Assembly (NCBI GenBank): GCA_035568935.1
Contig: DATMNP010000121.1
Span: 6,190-70,189 of the forward strand
Direction of reading: 5' to 3'
Source: Opitutaceae bacterium
Lineage (GTDB): Bacteria; Verrucomicrobiota; Verrucomicrobiia; Opitutales; Opitutaceae
Length of the DNA stretch: 64,000 bases
Numbering within the stretch: the first letter of the stretch is position 1; each line of letters starts with the position of its first letter. Shown here piece by piece: positions 48,641-58,046 of this stretch. The position numbers were made by a program, and so were the translations under genes. Below the pieces are notes generated by a model that was not told the origin of the DNA, made no database searches, and saw only the letters and a list, made by a program, of their open reading frames with translations.

Positions 48641-51473
48641 ACTCATCTTCTCCGCCGTTGGCACCGAGGCGGCGGGGAGCGCCATCGAAGGCGTCAGCGG
48701 TAAGATCGCGGACATGACCCGCGAGCTCGGCCGCTTTGCGACCGTCGGCCTGACGGTCGAATCCGCGTTCGAGGGCGTCAAGGGCGCCCTGGCAGACGGG
48801 GAAATGTTTACCCAGCTAAAGGCCAGGACCGGCGAGAACATCAAGGATCTGGTCGTCATGACCCAGGAGTTCAAAAACGCCGGTCTTGGTGCCGAATTTA
48901 TCGGGACTTCGGCGAACCTTCTCCAGCGCGCCCTGGGCGGCGTCAACGAGATGGGGGGGCGGACCGAAACGGCATTTCAGCGCCTCGGCACTTCCATTGC
49001 CCAACTCAAGCCGCTGACCTATGCGCAACAGCTGCAGGTGCTGGGCGAAGGTTTTTCGAAAATCCAAAACCAATCTGAACGCGCCAATATCGCGATGCAG
49101 ATTTTTGGCCGCGGCGGCGGAATGATGCTGCAGCTGCTCGGCGATCCGAAGGCAATGAAGGAAGCGGCGGAGCAGGCCGGCCGCTACGGCGACATGATGC
49201 AGCAGAACGCTGCGCACCTCAAGGAGGTCGAAGAGCATCTTGGCGTGGTGAACCAACGCATGAAGGAATTGTATCTCACGGCTGCGGAGTCGTTGCTCCC
49301 GACGATGGAAAACATTGCCGGCCTTTTTAAAGAGCTAGATCTCAGGCCGGTGGGGTCATTTCTCGGCGGCTCCGTTCCGATCGTATTTGCCTCGGGCATG
49401 GCCACAATGCTGGTCAAAACGTTGGACAATTCTGTTCTCGATTGGGCAACGCGCTCGGGAAACCCAATCGGCCAGGCTTTCGCTGGGCAATTCGTCGCTC
49501 CTATTACCGGTCTTTTGTCTCGCGCGCTTCCAGTGGCATTAGCGGCGGCTATTGGATTCGCTATAGGAAAAGGCATTCACGATGCGATCGACGAGGCCCG
49601 CGCCAATGAGATCAATAAATTATCCGCGATCGAGGGTGACGTGGGAGACACGACGACGAAGGACCTCCATGGTTTGCGCGATGCGACGAATCAAGGCGAA
49701 CTCGACGCCGCCAAGAATCAAATCCGCGCGGACATCAAGGAGGCACAGTTCACGATCTATGAATTGTCCAGGAAGAAAAAATTGCATGACGAAGGCGCGG
49801 CGGCTGGACCATGGGCCGGACCCAAGTTCAACGAGGAAGATCAAACCCGCCTCGACGCCACCAAGCAGCAACTGGAGACGCTGCAGCGAACATTCGATCA
49901 TCCGGTCAATGCGCAGTCGATTTTCGCCCAGAATAAGCTCAAGGAAATCCGCGAGTCCCTGGAACCTCTCGTCACCGATTTATCGCAGCTTCGCGAGCAA
50001 AACGACAAGCTGACGATGCAGGACATGGATCCGGCGCAAAAGGCGAAGCTGCTGCAGTCCAGGCGCACCGACGTCGAGAGCCAGCTAGGCCAGACCATGC
50101 CGGCCGGCCTGGATAAAGATTCGGTCGAGGCGCGGCGGCTCAGCCTGGAAAATCAGCTTCTCGAAATCAAACACCAGCAGGCCGAGAACAACGCGAAGCT
50201 CACGGAGCAGGAAACCAAACTGACCGAAGAGAAAAAGAAGCAAGCTGACGCCGCGGAGCGCCAGCAAGTCTATGCCCTGGAGACGCAGATCAAGGTCGCC
50301 GAGGCGGCCGGCAACGATCAGCTCGCGCAAAAGCTGAAGCAAGAGCTCGAACTCAAGCAGGCGCAATATTCGATGTCCGGGCTCGATCTGGATCTTGCAA
50401 AGCAGCGCCTCTCGGCCGAACTACAGATTTTCGAAGCGGAGCAAAAGCAAAAGGGCGCCAAGGCAGAAATCGAAGCGGAAAAGAGCGCCCTCGAAAAACA
50501 GCTTTCGGACATCCGTGAAAACATCGCCTCCATGCAAGGCGACGAAACTCATACCCAGGCCGAACAATGGTCCACGCGCAAGCAGGCGATTGAGGAAGAA
50601 ATTGCCACAATCAAAAAGACGATCGACACGGAGAATGCGCTGGCGGCCGCTGCGCGTGGACCTGGTGGTGCTGGTGAGCAGGTCGCGGTCCTGCATGACA
50701 ATGCCGCGACGCAGGCCAGCAACCAGCTCGCCGGCGCGCAGCATGAGAAAGCGGGTCTAGGACCAAACCCCGACGATGTTGGCGAGCAATTGCAGGTAGA
50801 GAGCCAAAAGGTGGCAAACAGCATGGGCACGGTCGCGGAGCAGATCGGCCGCTCCTGGGGGAGCGCCGCCGAATCGATGCGTTCCTCGATGGCGAATTCG
50901 CTTTACGATATGCTGGAGCATACGCGCAATTTCAAGCAGGCCGCCGGCGCGCTTTATATCTCGCTCGTGCAGGACCTCGCTCGCAGCGGCTCGCAGATGG
51001 CCTCGAATTGGATGATGACGCATGTTGTCATGGACGTGGCTCGCCGTGGGTTTCATGCGCTGGGCGTAGGCGAACAGGCAACCGCCACCGGCACGGAGAC
51101 CACAATCCATACCGGCGGCGAGGCGGCTAAAACGGCTGCGACAGCAGGTGGAGCGGCGGCACGCGGCGGAATTCGAATACTGGAAACGGTTTTTCACGGC
51201 ATCCAAGTTGGAATCAGGACGACGATGCATATCGCGGGAGAAGCCATGCAAACCGCCGTAACGATGGTGCAAACCGGCTTGCGCATCGCTGCTGCCATTG
51301 CTGAATCGATCGCTAAAATCATAAGCGCGGCCGCGGGCGCAATGGCGGCGATGGCTTCCATTCCCTATGTCGGCCCGATCCTGGCGGTCGCGGCCATGGC
51401 CGCGATCGTCGCGGCAGGCATCCAGGGCATCGCTCACGAAGTATCGATGAGCAATATCCGCAAATACGCTTGA
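48624..51473 (+). CDS. Tape-measure-like protein (TMP N-terminal core, long coiled coil, G/A-rich hydrophobic tail)
   Basis: ETAFQRLGTSIAQLKPLTYAQQLQVLGEGFSKIQNQSERANIAMQIFGRGGGMMLQLLGD is TMP-core-like. Residues about 330-640 are E/K/Q/L-rich. The C-terminus is ...AAAGAMAAMASIPYVGPILAVAAMAAIVAAG. Confidence 0.65.
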   Translation: MSSLVELIFSAVGTEAAGSAIEGVSGKIADMTRELGRFATVGLTVESAFEGVKGALADGEMFTQLKARTGENIKDLVVMTQEFKNAGLGAEFIGTSANLLQRALGGVNEMGGRTETAFQRLGTSIAQLKPLTYAQQLQVLGEGFSKIQNQSERANIAMQIFGRGGGMMLQLLGDPKAMKEAAEQAGRYGDMMQQNAAHLKEVEEHLGVVNQRMKELYLTAAESLLPTMENIAGLFKELDLRPVGSFLGGSVPIVFASGMATMLVKTLDNSVLDWATRSGNPIGQAFAGQFVAPITGLLSRALPVALAAAIGFAIGKGIHDAIDEARANEINKLSAIEGDVGDTTTKDLHGLRDATNQGELDAAKNQIRADIKEAQFTIYELSRKKKLHDEGAAAGPWAGPKFNEEDQTRLDATKQQLETLQRTFDHPVNAQSIFAQNKLKEIRESLEPLVTDLSQLREQNDKLTMQDMDPAQKAKLLQSRRTDVESQLGQTMPAGLDKDSVEARRLSLENQLLEIKHQQAENNAKLTEQETKLTEEKKKQADAAERQQVYALETQIKVAEAAGNDQLAQKLKQELELKQAQYSMSGLDLDLAKQRLSAELQIFEAEQKQKGAKAEIEAEKSALEKQLSDIRENIASMQGDETHTQAEQWSTRKQAIEEEIATIKKTIDTENALAAAARGPGGAGEQVAVLHDNAATQASNQLAGAQHEKAGLGPNPDDVGEQLQVESQKVANSMGTVAEQIGRSWGSAAESMRSSMANSLYDMLEHTRNFKQAAGALYISLVQDLARSGSQMASNWMMTHVVMDVARRGFHALGVGEQATATGTETTIHTGGEAAKTAATAGGAAARGGIRILETVFHGIQVGIRTTMHIAGEAMQTAVTMVQTGLRIAAAIAESIAKIISAAAGAMAAMASIPYVGPILAVAAMAAIVAAGIQGIAHEVSMSNIRKYA

Positions 51474-51476
51474 GCC

Positions 51477-52019
51477 ATGACCATGAAGGCACGCAATACC
51501 AGAGACCAGGAGAGCGAACGCGCAATTTTTCTGCACGAAGTTTTTCTCAAGATCAAAAAACGCATCGCAAATGGTGACACACTGAAATCCGCCATCGCTT
51601 GGGCCGCCCGCCGCCGTAATTTCCGCCTGATCCGCGAGGGAATGCTCGGGGAAAACAGGTTGGTCGCCTTATATTATATTTGGCGCCAGAATCCATCGCC
51701 CAAGGTTTTTCACAGGCATTACAAGGGGCCGGAGCGGCGTATTCCAATTGACCTGGCATTGGAAGCCTTGAACCGCATGGCAGGCGATAAAGTCCGGCCA
51801 GCAGCGATCGTGATCCGCGAGCTGCGCAACGATTTCTCAGCGGGCCAGCGGATCACCGATGCGACGCTGAAACTCCTCGCGAGCATCGATGCCTTTAACA
51901 ATCGGTTCGAGCTTCTACTCTTTCGCCTTCGGACGCGTCACTGGGAAACCAGCAACGCCGCTGCAATCCTCGAATTCAAGGCTGAGGGGACAAGCGCCAA
52001 AGCTGCAGGCAGCAACTGA
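51477..52019 (+). CDS. Hypothetical protein
   Basis: ATG 3 nt after the TMP-like stop. No family recognised. Confidence 0.5.
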   Translation: MTMKARNTRDQESERAIFLHEVFLKIKKRIANGDTLKSAIAWAARRRNFRLIREGMLGENRLVALYYIWRQNPSPKVFHRHYKGPERRIPIDLALEALNRMAGDKVRPAAIVIRELRNDFSAGQRITDATLKLLASIDAFNNRFELLLFRLRTRHWETSNAAAILEFKAEGTSAKAAGSN

Positions 52020-52027
52020 TTCTCCGC

Positions 52028-52375
52028 ATGAACGCCCGTAAAAAACCTGGGATATTGCCCCGGCTGCAGCTGATGCAGCCGGGGCAGATCGATGCCCTGG
52101 TCAAGTGGCTGGCTGAAGATAAGCTCACCTATGCCCAGGCGCGCCAGAGATTGAAGACTGAATTTGGTGTGGTCACGACCGACTCCGCGCTTTCGGGTTT
52201 TTGGCAGCAAGTCGTCGCCCCACGGCAATGGGCAAAGTTGGTCACCGCTGAGCGAGCCAAAGTCTTTGTCGGTGAAAGTAGAATCCTTCTCGAAATCCAG
52301 GTGCGGGCAGAAGCAGACAATACACTCCGCATCACCGTGTCCGGCCCAGCCGCGGCTGCAACCACACCGGCCTGA
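52028..52375 (+). CDS. Small hypothetical protein (weak resemblance to Mu gp27/DUF3486-type HTH proteins)
   Basis: ILPRLQLMQPGQIDALVKWLAEDKLTYAQARQRLKTEFGVVTTDSALSGFW. The similarity is judged by eye only. Confidence 0.45.
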   Translation: MNARKKPGILPRLQLMQPGQIDALVKWLAEDKLTYAQARQRLKTEFGVVTTDSALSGFWQQVVAPRQWAKLVTAERAKVFVGESRILLEIQVRAEADNTLRITVSGPAAAATTPA

Positions 52376-52377
52376 CC

Positions 52378-52719
52378 ATGAAAATTGACTGGCCACGGGT
52401 ACTTGCCCGCCTCGAACGCGAAAATCGCGTCTGCCTAAAAGTCAGGGAAGCGGCGGATATTTTTGGCGTCTCTGGTGCCCATATCGTCAATTTTATTGAG
52501 GACGGGACACTTACCGCCATCGACTTCGCCCGCCGGGAGAAGCCAAACAAGCACTGTTACCGTATCCCGGCAGACTCGTTGATGGAATTTGCCCGCCGCC
52601 GCTCTACCATGGCCAGCGACGGATCAGACCCTGAATCGCCAGTGAAATCGAACGTGAAGGAATACCCTGGCGTCCTGCTTTACCTAAGTAGGGCCGCGCG
52701 CGAGCTAAATCATTCCTGA
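52378..52719 (+). CDS. Excisionase/MerR-type HTH protein
   Basis: CLKVREAADIFGVSGAHIVNFIEDGTLTAIDF...YRIPADSLMEF is typical of excisionase-family HTH domains. Confidence 0.5.
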   Translation: MKIDWPRVLARLERENRVCLKVREAADIFGVSGAHIVNFIEDGTLTAIDFARREKPNKHCYRIPADSLMEFARRRSTMASDGSDPESPVKSNVKEYPGVLLYLSRAARELNHS

Positions 52720-52745
52720 CGATCTGCTATACTGATTCTAATCCT

Positions 52746-55358
52746 GTGAATGCTCTCTCTCCAAGCCGCCAATCCCAGCTGATGCCAGCAGAAATGCCGA
52801 CGTTTGGGTTTAAGGGCCCTTTGTCTCCCGCGGCGGGTCAAGCGCCGGTGGGTGGCGGGAAAATGGCGGGAAGCCCAGTTGCAAGAGCTGCAAGGACTTG
52901 TTCTATAACGCGTCAAACTTCGGTGCAGGCTGGCGCGCTGGCCAGCAAGCCGGTTGTTTTAACGGCCGCACAGGTCGGTGTGGCACTCGGACGCCCTGCG
53001 CGCAGCATCCGCCGAGACCTTGCGGGGATTGAATCCGATGGCACCGTCATCACAAGCGGTAACCCAACGCAGTCCTGGGCGCTTTCTAATCTGCCGCCCA
53101 AGCTGCAATCAGCCCTGCAAACTGAAGCCACGCGGCGGGGTTACGCATCAGTCGAGCGTTTGCTTGAATTTCCGCCTCAACGCTGGGAGCCAGTGCAACC
53201 GCTTAACTCGTTGGATCCTGCGCCGGTGGCAGAGGCATCGAAACTTCAGAAGGCGCTCGCCCCGACCCTGCTCCGCCTTTCAGACCTGAGCCTCTCCCAG
53301 GAGGAAATCTCCGCACGGGGTCTGGCAGAATATACGGCCGCTTTTGGCCACTCTGTTTCAAAACGCCATTTTGATCGGCTCCTGAAACGCACGCTCGACC
53401 GGGATGCTGGTGCAGAGGATTGGTCGCGCCTGGAGTTATTTTTGCCCGACAGGTTGGCGACGAAGAAATCCACCGCGATCTCATTTGGATTTTCCGAAAA
53501 TTGGCCGGGAGTTTTAGCCACCGTGGCCATGGTAAAGGATGTGGCCAAACCAACGAGCGATGAACTTTCGCTTTTTTGGGATGCCGCCTGCGCCGACTAC
53601 GAGGCCGCGGTTGAGTCCGGGATGCCTGAACGGCGAGCCCGTCGTGAGCTGCGAAAAATGATCGAGGCCAAAGTGTCTTTTGTTCGCTCTTCCGGGCGCG
53701 CCCTTGAGCAAAAATTTCGTCGGGTGTTGGAAAAATGGATAGAGGGCGATCGCACAGCGACGGCCGTGGCCGATCTCCGGCACGAAAACTCCGGGCGCAA
53801 AAAACCCGTAACACTACCGAAGGAATTCAAAGAAAAACTTTTGGCGCGGGTACACGGCAACGGCGGCCGGTATGCGCAATCGTGGCGAGAAGCGATCAAA
53901 CAAGGGTGGATGCCCGCCGACGTTGCAGCCGCTTACCCTTTTAACTGGGAGCACAAATCTTACGTCCCGGCCGCCATTCGCAGCGCACTGGGGCCTGATG
54001 TTGAGATATTGAAGCCGCTGCGCATCGGCCCCAAGAATGCGCGGCTTAAGGGATCGTATATCAGCCGGGACTATTCCAACGTTCCTTCGGGAAAAATTTT
54101 CTCCTCCGACGACTGTACCGCGCCGATCTTCTTTTGGGTCCCTGATGAGACCGGCCGGCCGCTCCTCAATGATGCAGGAAAGCCCATAATAACTCGCGGC
54201 CAGTGGTTGCCGTGGATCTGCGCACGCACTCAATTCATTGTTACTTTTCAACTTATCCCGGAACGTGGTTACGATTCCATCGAGATCCTGCGCGGCATCG
54301 GACGCCTTCACGACGAATATGGCCTCCCGGAGCAATTGCTTTTCGAAAACGGAATCTGGAAATCCAGGTTAATCGATGGCACCCGTCAAGAAGGTGTCGA
54401 GTTGCCCGACTACTTCTTCGGATTAGCCGGGGTTGGAGTGAGAATTCGGCACGCCCGGCCTCGCAATCCACGCGCGAAGATCGTCGAGAGTGTCCTTGGC
54501 CAATTGCAAAATCAGATGGACCGGCTGCGCGGCTACGGGGGACGGAAGCCCGATCAAATCCCAGAAGAAACCCAGCGCGCGCAGCTATTGGTGGGACGTG
54601 GAGAGGCGCATCCAAGCGAATTCTTCTACTCGCATCCAGAGGTGGTCAAAGTCTACGAGGGCATCTGCAACAATTTCAATGAAGAGCCTCAGAACGGAAA
54701 AATGCTGGAGGGGCTGAGCCCCCGCGCAGCATTTGAGAAACTGCAGGAATCGCCGCCGATGAAACTGACACCAGAGCTTCGATATCTCCTCGCCCGCTCT
54801 CGCGTCGAGACAACGGTAAAACCGAATGGCATCCAGATCGGAAAATTTTGGTACAAGGGCGAGCGAGCGTCCGCCCTGGTTGGGCAGCGTGTTTTAGCCT
54901 GGTTCAACGCCGAGCATCCGGAATCGATCTGTGTAACAGACTTGGATCATAAAAACCCGTTCACCCTCCGCCGTACCGACGAAGTTCCTGCTTTCGACGC
55001 AACACCGGAGCAGTTCGCGGCCGCCGAGCGCGCAAATCACGCCCAAACCAAATATCAGCGCACACTGTTTGGGAATCTGATCCACAATTTTCCAGAAGAA
55101 TTCCTTCGCCGTCGACGTGGCGTCGTCATCGCACCCGAACAAGCTGTCGCTCTCGGCATTGAAATGGAAAACCAGCGGCAGCAAAACAATGAAGAGGCCA
55201 CAAAGACGGAGCGGCGCCGTGCGAAGGGCGAGCGGCACGCGCGCGCGGTTGGTTTAAATGGCCTCGGTCGCCGGGTAGATGATGAAACAGTTGAAGCTCT
55301 GGGCAGGCTTGAGCGCGCCGGAGTGAAAGCCACCAACCCATTAGCCGAACAGCCATGA
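52746..55358 (+). CDS. MuA-like DDE transposase
   Basis: The core aligns by eye to MuA. IFSSDDCTAPIFFWV matches WNGDGYLHNVFV, WLPWICARTQFIV matches TWFWQDVKTRKIL, LLFENGIWKS matches ITIDNTRGAANK, and RAKIVESVLG matches QAKPVERAFG. The track start is GTG 52746; ATG alternatives are 52782 and 52863. Confidence 0.75.
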   Translation: MNALSPSRQSQLMPAEMPTFGFKGPLSPAAGQAPVGGGKMAGSPVARAARTCSITRQTSVQAGALASKPVVLTAAQVGVALGRPARSIRRDLAGIESDGTVITSGNPTQSWALSNLPPKLQSALQTEATRRGYASVERLLEFPPQRWEPVQPLNSLDPAPVAEASKLQKALAPTLLRLSDLSLSQEEISARGLAEYTAAFGHSVSKRHFDRLLKRTLDRDAGAEDWSRLELFLPDRLATKKSTAISFGFSENWPGVLATVAMVKDVAKPTSDELSLFWDAACADYEAAVESGMPERRARRELRKMIEAKVSFVRSSGRALEQKFRRVLEKWIEGDRTATAVADLRHENSGRKKPVTLPKEFKEKLLARVHGNGGRYAQSWREAIKQGWMPADVAAAYPFNWEHKSYVPAAIRSALGPDVEILKPLRIGPKNARLKGSYISRDYSNVPSGKIFSSDDCTAPIFFWVPDETGRPLLNDAGKPIITRGQWLPWICARTQFIVTFQLIPERGYDSIEILRGIGRLHDEYGLPEQLLFENGIWKSRLIDGTRQEGVELPDYFFGLAGVGVRIRHARPRNPRAKIVESVLGQLQNQMDRLRGYGGRKPDQIPEETQRAQLLVGRGEAHPSEFFYSHPEVVKVYEGICNNFNEEPQNGKMLEGLSPRAAFEKLQESPPMKLTPELRYLLARSRVETTVKPNGIQIGKFWYKGERASALVGQRVLAWFNAEHPESICVTDLDHKNPFTLRRTDEVPAFDATPEQFAAAERANHAQTKYQRTLFGNLIHNFPEEFLRRRRGVVIAPEQAVALGIEMENQRQQNNEEATKTERRRAKGERHARAVGLNGLGRRVDDETVEALGRLERAGVKATNPLAEQP

Positions 55359-56971
55359 TTAAACCCGCTCAACTCGAAGAAGTGGCCGCCGCAGGCCCAA
55401 TTCTAGGCCACCATGCCGGCCAGACCGTTGCCTATATCTCCGATCCGAAAAAGAGACCATTAATATGGTTTCTTCACTGGCGCTCTCACCAGCCGGGCGG
55501 TCTCAAGCGGTTTTGTTACGAACTAATCAACCGGAATCTTCGTGCCCGACTTGGCTCAGAAACTATGCACCGGATCGGATTTAATCCATCAACGGTCTAC
55601 GCTGGGCAGCCTTTCGAGGATATCTGTAACGAGCTGTCTTTTTTCCCTTCTGGGGCGCGCAATCATCTTGAGTGGACGATCGAGATTCACGCGTCGATAT
55701 TTAGAGGGCTTGAACAGGACGGCGAATTAGCGAAGGCAAAAAAGCTTCTTAGCCCAGAGAGCCGGCGGGCCTCGGCGGCAACATTCCTTAACGAATGCCG
55801 AGATTTGGCATGCTCTGGCCTGGCGCATCACATTCGGAATTTCTGCAGCGATCACAGCGCAAAGTGGGAAGTCCGATATCTTCACGACTTGGTCGGAGCC
55901 ATCACCGAGATGATGAAGGACCAGGCTGACTTCGCCCGCTCTCAGACCGCCGAAACAAAAATTGCGAGTAATGTAAGCGATACCCTTGAGTTTTCCTATC
56001 GGACGCGCGGCCTGGTTGTCATTTACGGAATCGAGCGGATCGGTAAAACCAAAGCGGCAGAACGATGGGTTGCGATGAATCCAGACAAGGCGCGGCTAAT
56101 CCGGTTGACCGCCACCACAAATGACCTCCTGTTTTTTTCCGAGGTGGCCGAAGCGATCGGTTGCGGAGACATGCGCGGCCAGACGGTCGGTGAAATGCGC
56201 GACCAAATTCGGGGCACGGTGAAGAGCCGGGATCTGATGCTGATTTTTGACGAGGCCCACTGCCTCTTCGGCCTTTCTCCCAAGGGATCTATTAAACGCC
56301 TGGAGTATATTCGCACTGAACTTGTGAACAACGATATCCCAGTTGCGCTCATCATCACCCCGCAGTTCGCAAATCGGCTGGCCGGCCTAGAGCGCTCGAC
56401 CGATTTCAACCTCAATCAATTTAGGGGCCGGGTCACAAAATGGGCGGAACTCCCTGCGAAGCCCTCGCGCGCTGATATCGAGAGCATTGCCCGCTTCGGT
56501 CTTCCAGAAATTGACGACAAATGCCTTGCCTTGTTGGCAGATTCCGCGGCTGGCAGCGAATTCCCGCTTGCAGCGTTGCACAACGCCATTCTGGAAGCGA
56601 AAACCATTATAGAAAAAAACGGTAGCGCAATCACGCTGGATCTGGTCAAGCAGGCGGTTGGATTTGCCATGTGGACCACCGCCCGGCTCGCGGAAACAAT
56701 CCCGGCTCCCGCCTCCAAAACAACAAAGCGGCGTAATCGCGTCGTGACGGTCGATACGTCGATGTCGAGCCGTGCTTCTGGTGATGGGTTGCAAGCTGCA
56801 TCGCCGGCGGTTGCAGGCCGCCTGCAATCTCCTGGAAACGATACCTCTCTAACGGCCGCACAATCACCCGATCGCGGTTCAATGCCAGGCCGCTCGATCA
56901 TCCCTTATGACGAGCCAATATCGAGCAGCCGTCAGCGCCAGGGCGTTTTGATTCCAGCATCCATTTTGTGA
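55355..56971 (+). CDS. MuB/TniB-like AAA+ transposition ATPase
   Basis: Walker A YGIERIGKTKAA and Walker B LMLIFDEAH. ATGA overlap with the transposase stop. Confidence 0.7.
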   Translation: MIKPAQLEEVAAAGPILGHHAGQTVAYISDPKKRPLIWFLHWRSHQPGGLKRFCYELINRNLRARLGSETMHRIGFNPSTVYAGQPFEDICNELSFFPSGARNHLEWTIEIHASIFRGLEQDGELAKAKKLLSPESRRASAATFLNECRDLACSGLAHHIRNFCSDHSAKWEVRYLHDLVGAITEMMKDQADFARSQTAETKIASNVSDTLEFSYRTRGLVVIYGIERIGKTKAAERWVAMNPDKARLIRLTATTNDLLFFSEVAEAIGCGDMRGQTVGEMRDQIRGTVKSRDLMLIFDEAHCLFGLSPKGSIKRLEYIRTELVNNDIPVALIITPQFANRLAGLERSTDFNLNQFRGRVTKWAELPAKPSRADIESIARFGLPEIDDKCLALLADSAAGSEFPLAALHNAILEAKTIIEKNGSAITLDLVKQAVGFAMWTTARLAETIPAPASKTTKRRNRVVTVDTSMSSRASGDGLQAASPAVAGRLQSPGNDTSLTAAQSPDRGSMPGRSIIPYDEPISSSRQRQGVLIPASIL

Positions 56972-57173
56972 ACCGCAACTTACCCTCTTCTTTTCTAACC
57001 GGGATCCATTCCAAGCACAATCGCCGCTAACCCTCCACCACACTTCATTTTATAGTCCAATTCCGACCGTTGATTCGGCCATTTTTTACCGGGCATTTTG
57101 ACCCGGTTTTTGTGTTTCCCGCGACTTTTGGACATCTGACACTCAAAACGTTACAACTTTTCGGTGACTGTAC

Positions 57174-57250
57174 AAAATTGCGCTGAGACCGAAAGGTTGA
57201 GCCGTTTCAAGTTTCAGTGGAATCATCCTGAACGATTACGAAGGCCAATG
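57174..57250 (+). repeat. Direct repeat, right copy (partner 47282-47369)
   Basis: aaaattgcgctgagaccgaaaggttgagccgtttcaagtttcagtggaatcatcctgaacgattacgaaggccaatg. Confidence 0.85.
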
Positions 57251-57296
57251 TCCTGAAGAGCGGCATACACTAAGGTCTTAGGCTCAATCAAAGGTT

Positions 57297-57788
57297 TCAG
57301 AACCTCGTCAAAAATCCGGCTGAATGTTGCCCGTTTTGGCACCCGCACGAGGTGCTTGTTCCAATCAAGTGTAATGTATGGAGAATATGGGCCAATATCG
57401 CCCTCGCGATATTGAAGCCAAAAGATGCAGGACCTAAAGTAAATTTCCCAAAACCAAAAATGGCCGCAAAAAAAAGGATCTGCAGGCCCGTTTGGATGCT
57501 AGTCATTAGGAATACGAATTTCCGCTCGCGCAGCGACTTGGTGCGGTCAGCTGCCGCTCGCGCCGAGACAAATCCGCTGCCAAGCAGGGCAAAAAAGCTA
57601 CCCATCGATCCCAAGATTGCGGCACTTTTTGCAGCTGTGCCACCTGCGGCCAGGGTCGCGCTGACGGCGGTGGCTTTGGCCGAATAGGCCGCCACCGGCA
57701 AGGCCGACAGCACAAGTTGCGTGAACCTCGGGCCCGGCGAAGTTTTTCCCAGCGCGCCTTCGACAAAAGCGAGAACCTCCTCTGACAA
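57297..57788 (-). CDS. Membrane protein fragment or gene with a non-ATG start (possibly 5'-truncated)
   Basis: Three or four hydrophobic helices. The only start in frame is TTG 57788, directly abutting the 66-nt repeat. Confidence 0.35.
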   Translation of the reverse strand: MSEEVLAFVEGALGKTSPGPRFTQLVLSALPVAAYSAKATAVSATLAAGGTAAKSAAILGSMGSFFALLGSGFVSARAAADRTKSLRERKFVFLMTSIQTGLQILFFAAIFGFGKFTLGPASFGFNIARAILAHILHTLHLIGTSTSCGCQNGQHSAGFLTRF

Positions 57789-57817
57789 GCTGGTCCCCAG
57801 ATTTACTTCCGCGTATG

Positions 57818-57883
57818 CCCAGCCATGTTTCCAGGGCGCTTATGCCGACGTATCTCTTTTTTTGACCTGTCCCCAATCCGACA
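57818..57883 (+). repeat. 66-nt direct repeat, copy A
   Basis: cccagccatgtttccagggcgcttatgccgacgtatctctttttttgacctgtccccaatccgaca has 3 mismatches to 62545-62610. It is followed by tandem ccccaatccgaca units. Confidence 0.85.
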
Positions 57884-58046
57884 CCGTCCCCAATCCGACA
57901 CCAATCCGACATCCAAAATGCCGAGCAATGCCAGCTTCAGCTATTTTGTATATTAGGCGAAAAACTCATGTAAGGATCATACACTTCTGGCCGATTGGCG
58001 AAATTGGAGGCGCCCCCTCTTTTCACTAAGGGATATTAGAGCATGA

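Larger units (their letters stand above)
47370..57250 (+). mobile_element. Mu-like transposable module (ends not resolved to the nucleotide)
   Basis: It contains a c-like repressor, Ner-like, MuA-like and MuB-like genes in one tightly packed unit. It has repeated end-like sequences and visibly lower G+C than the dcw cluster. Confidence 0.6.

Noticed and set aside
57818-57883. Sigma-54 (GG-N10-GC) or ECF (GGAAC-N16-CGT) promoter inside the 66-nt repeat, from cctggaaacatggctgg on the minus strand.
   Set aside because: The GG/GC spacing is 7 nt rather than 10. The would-be -10 regions lie outside the conserved part and differ between the two copies.
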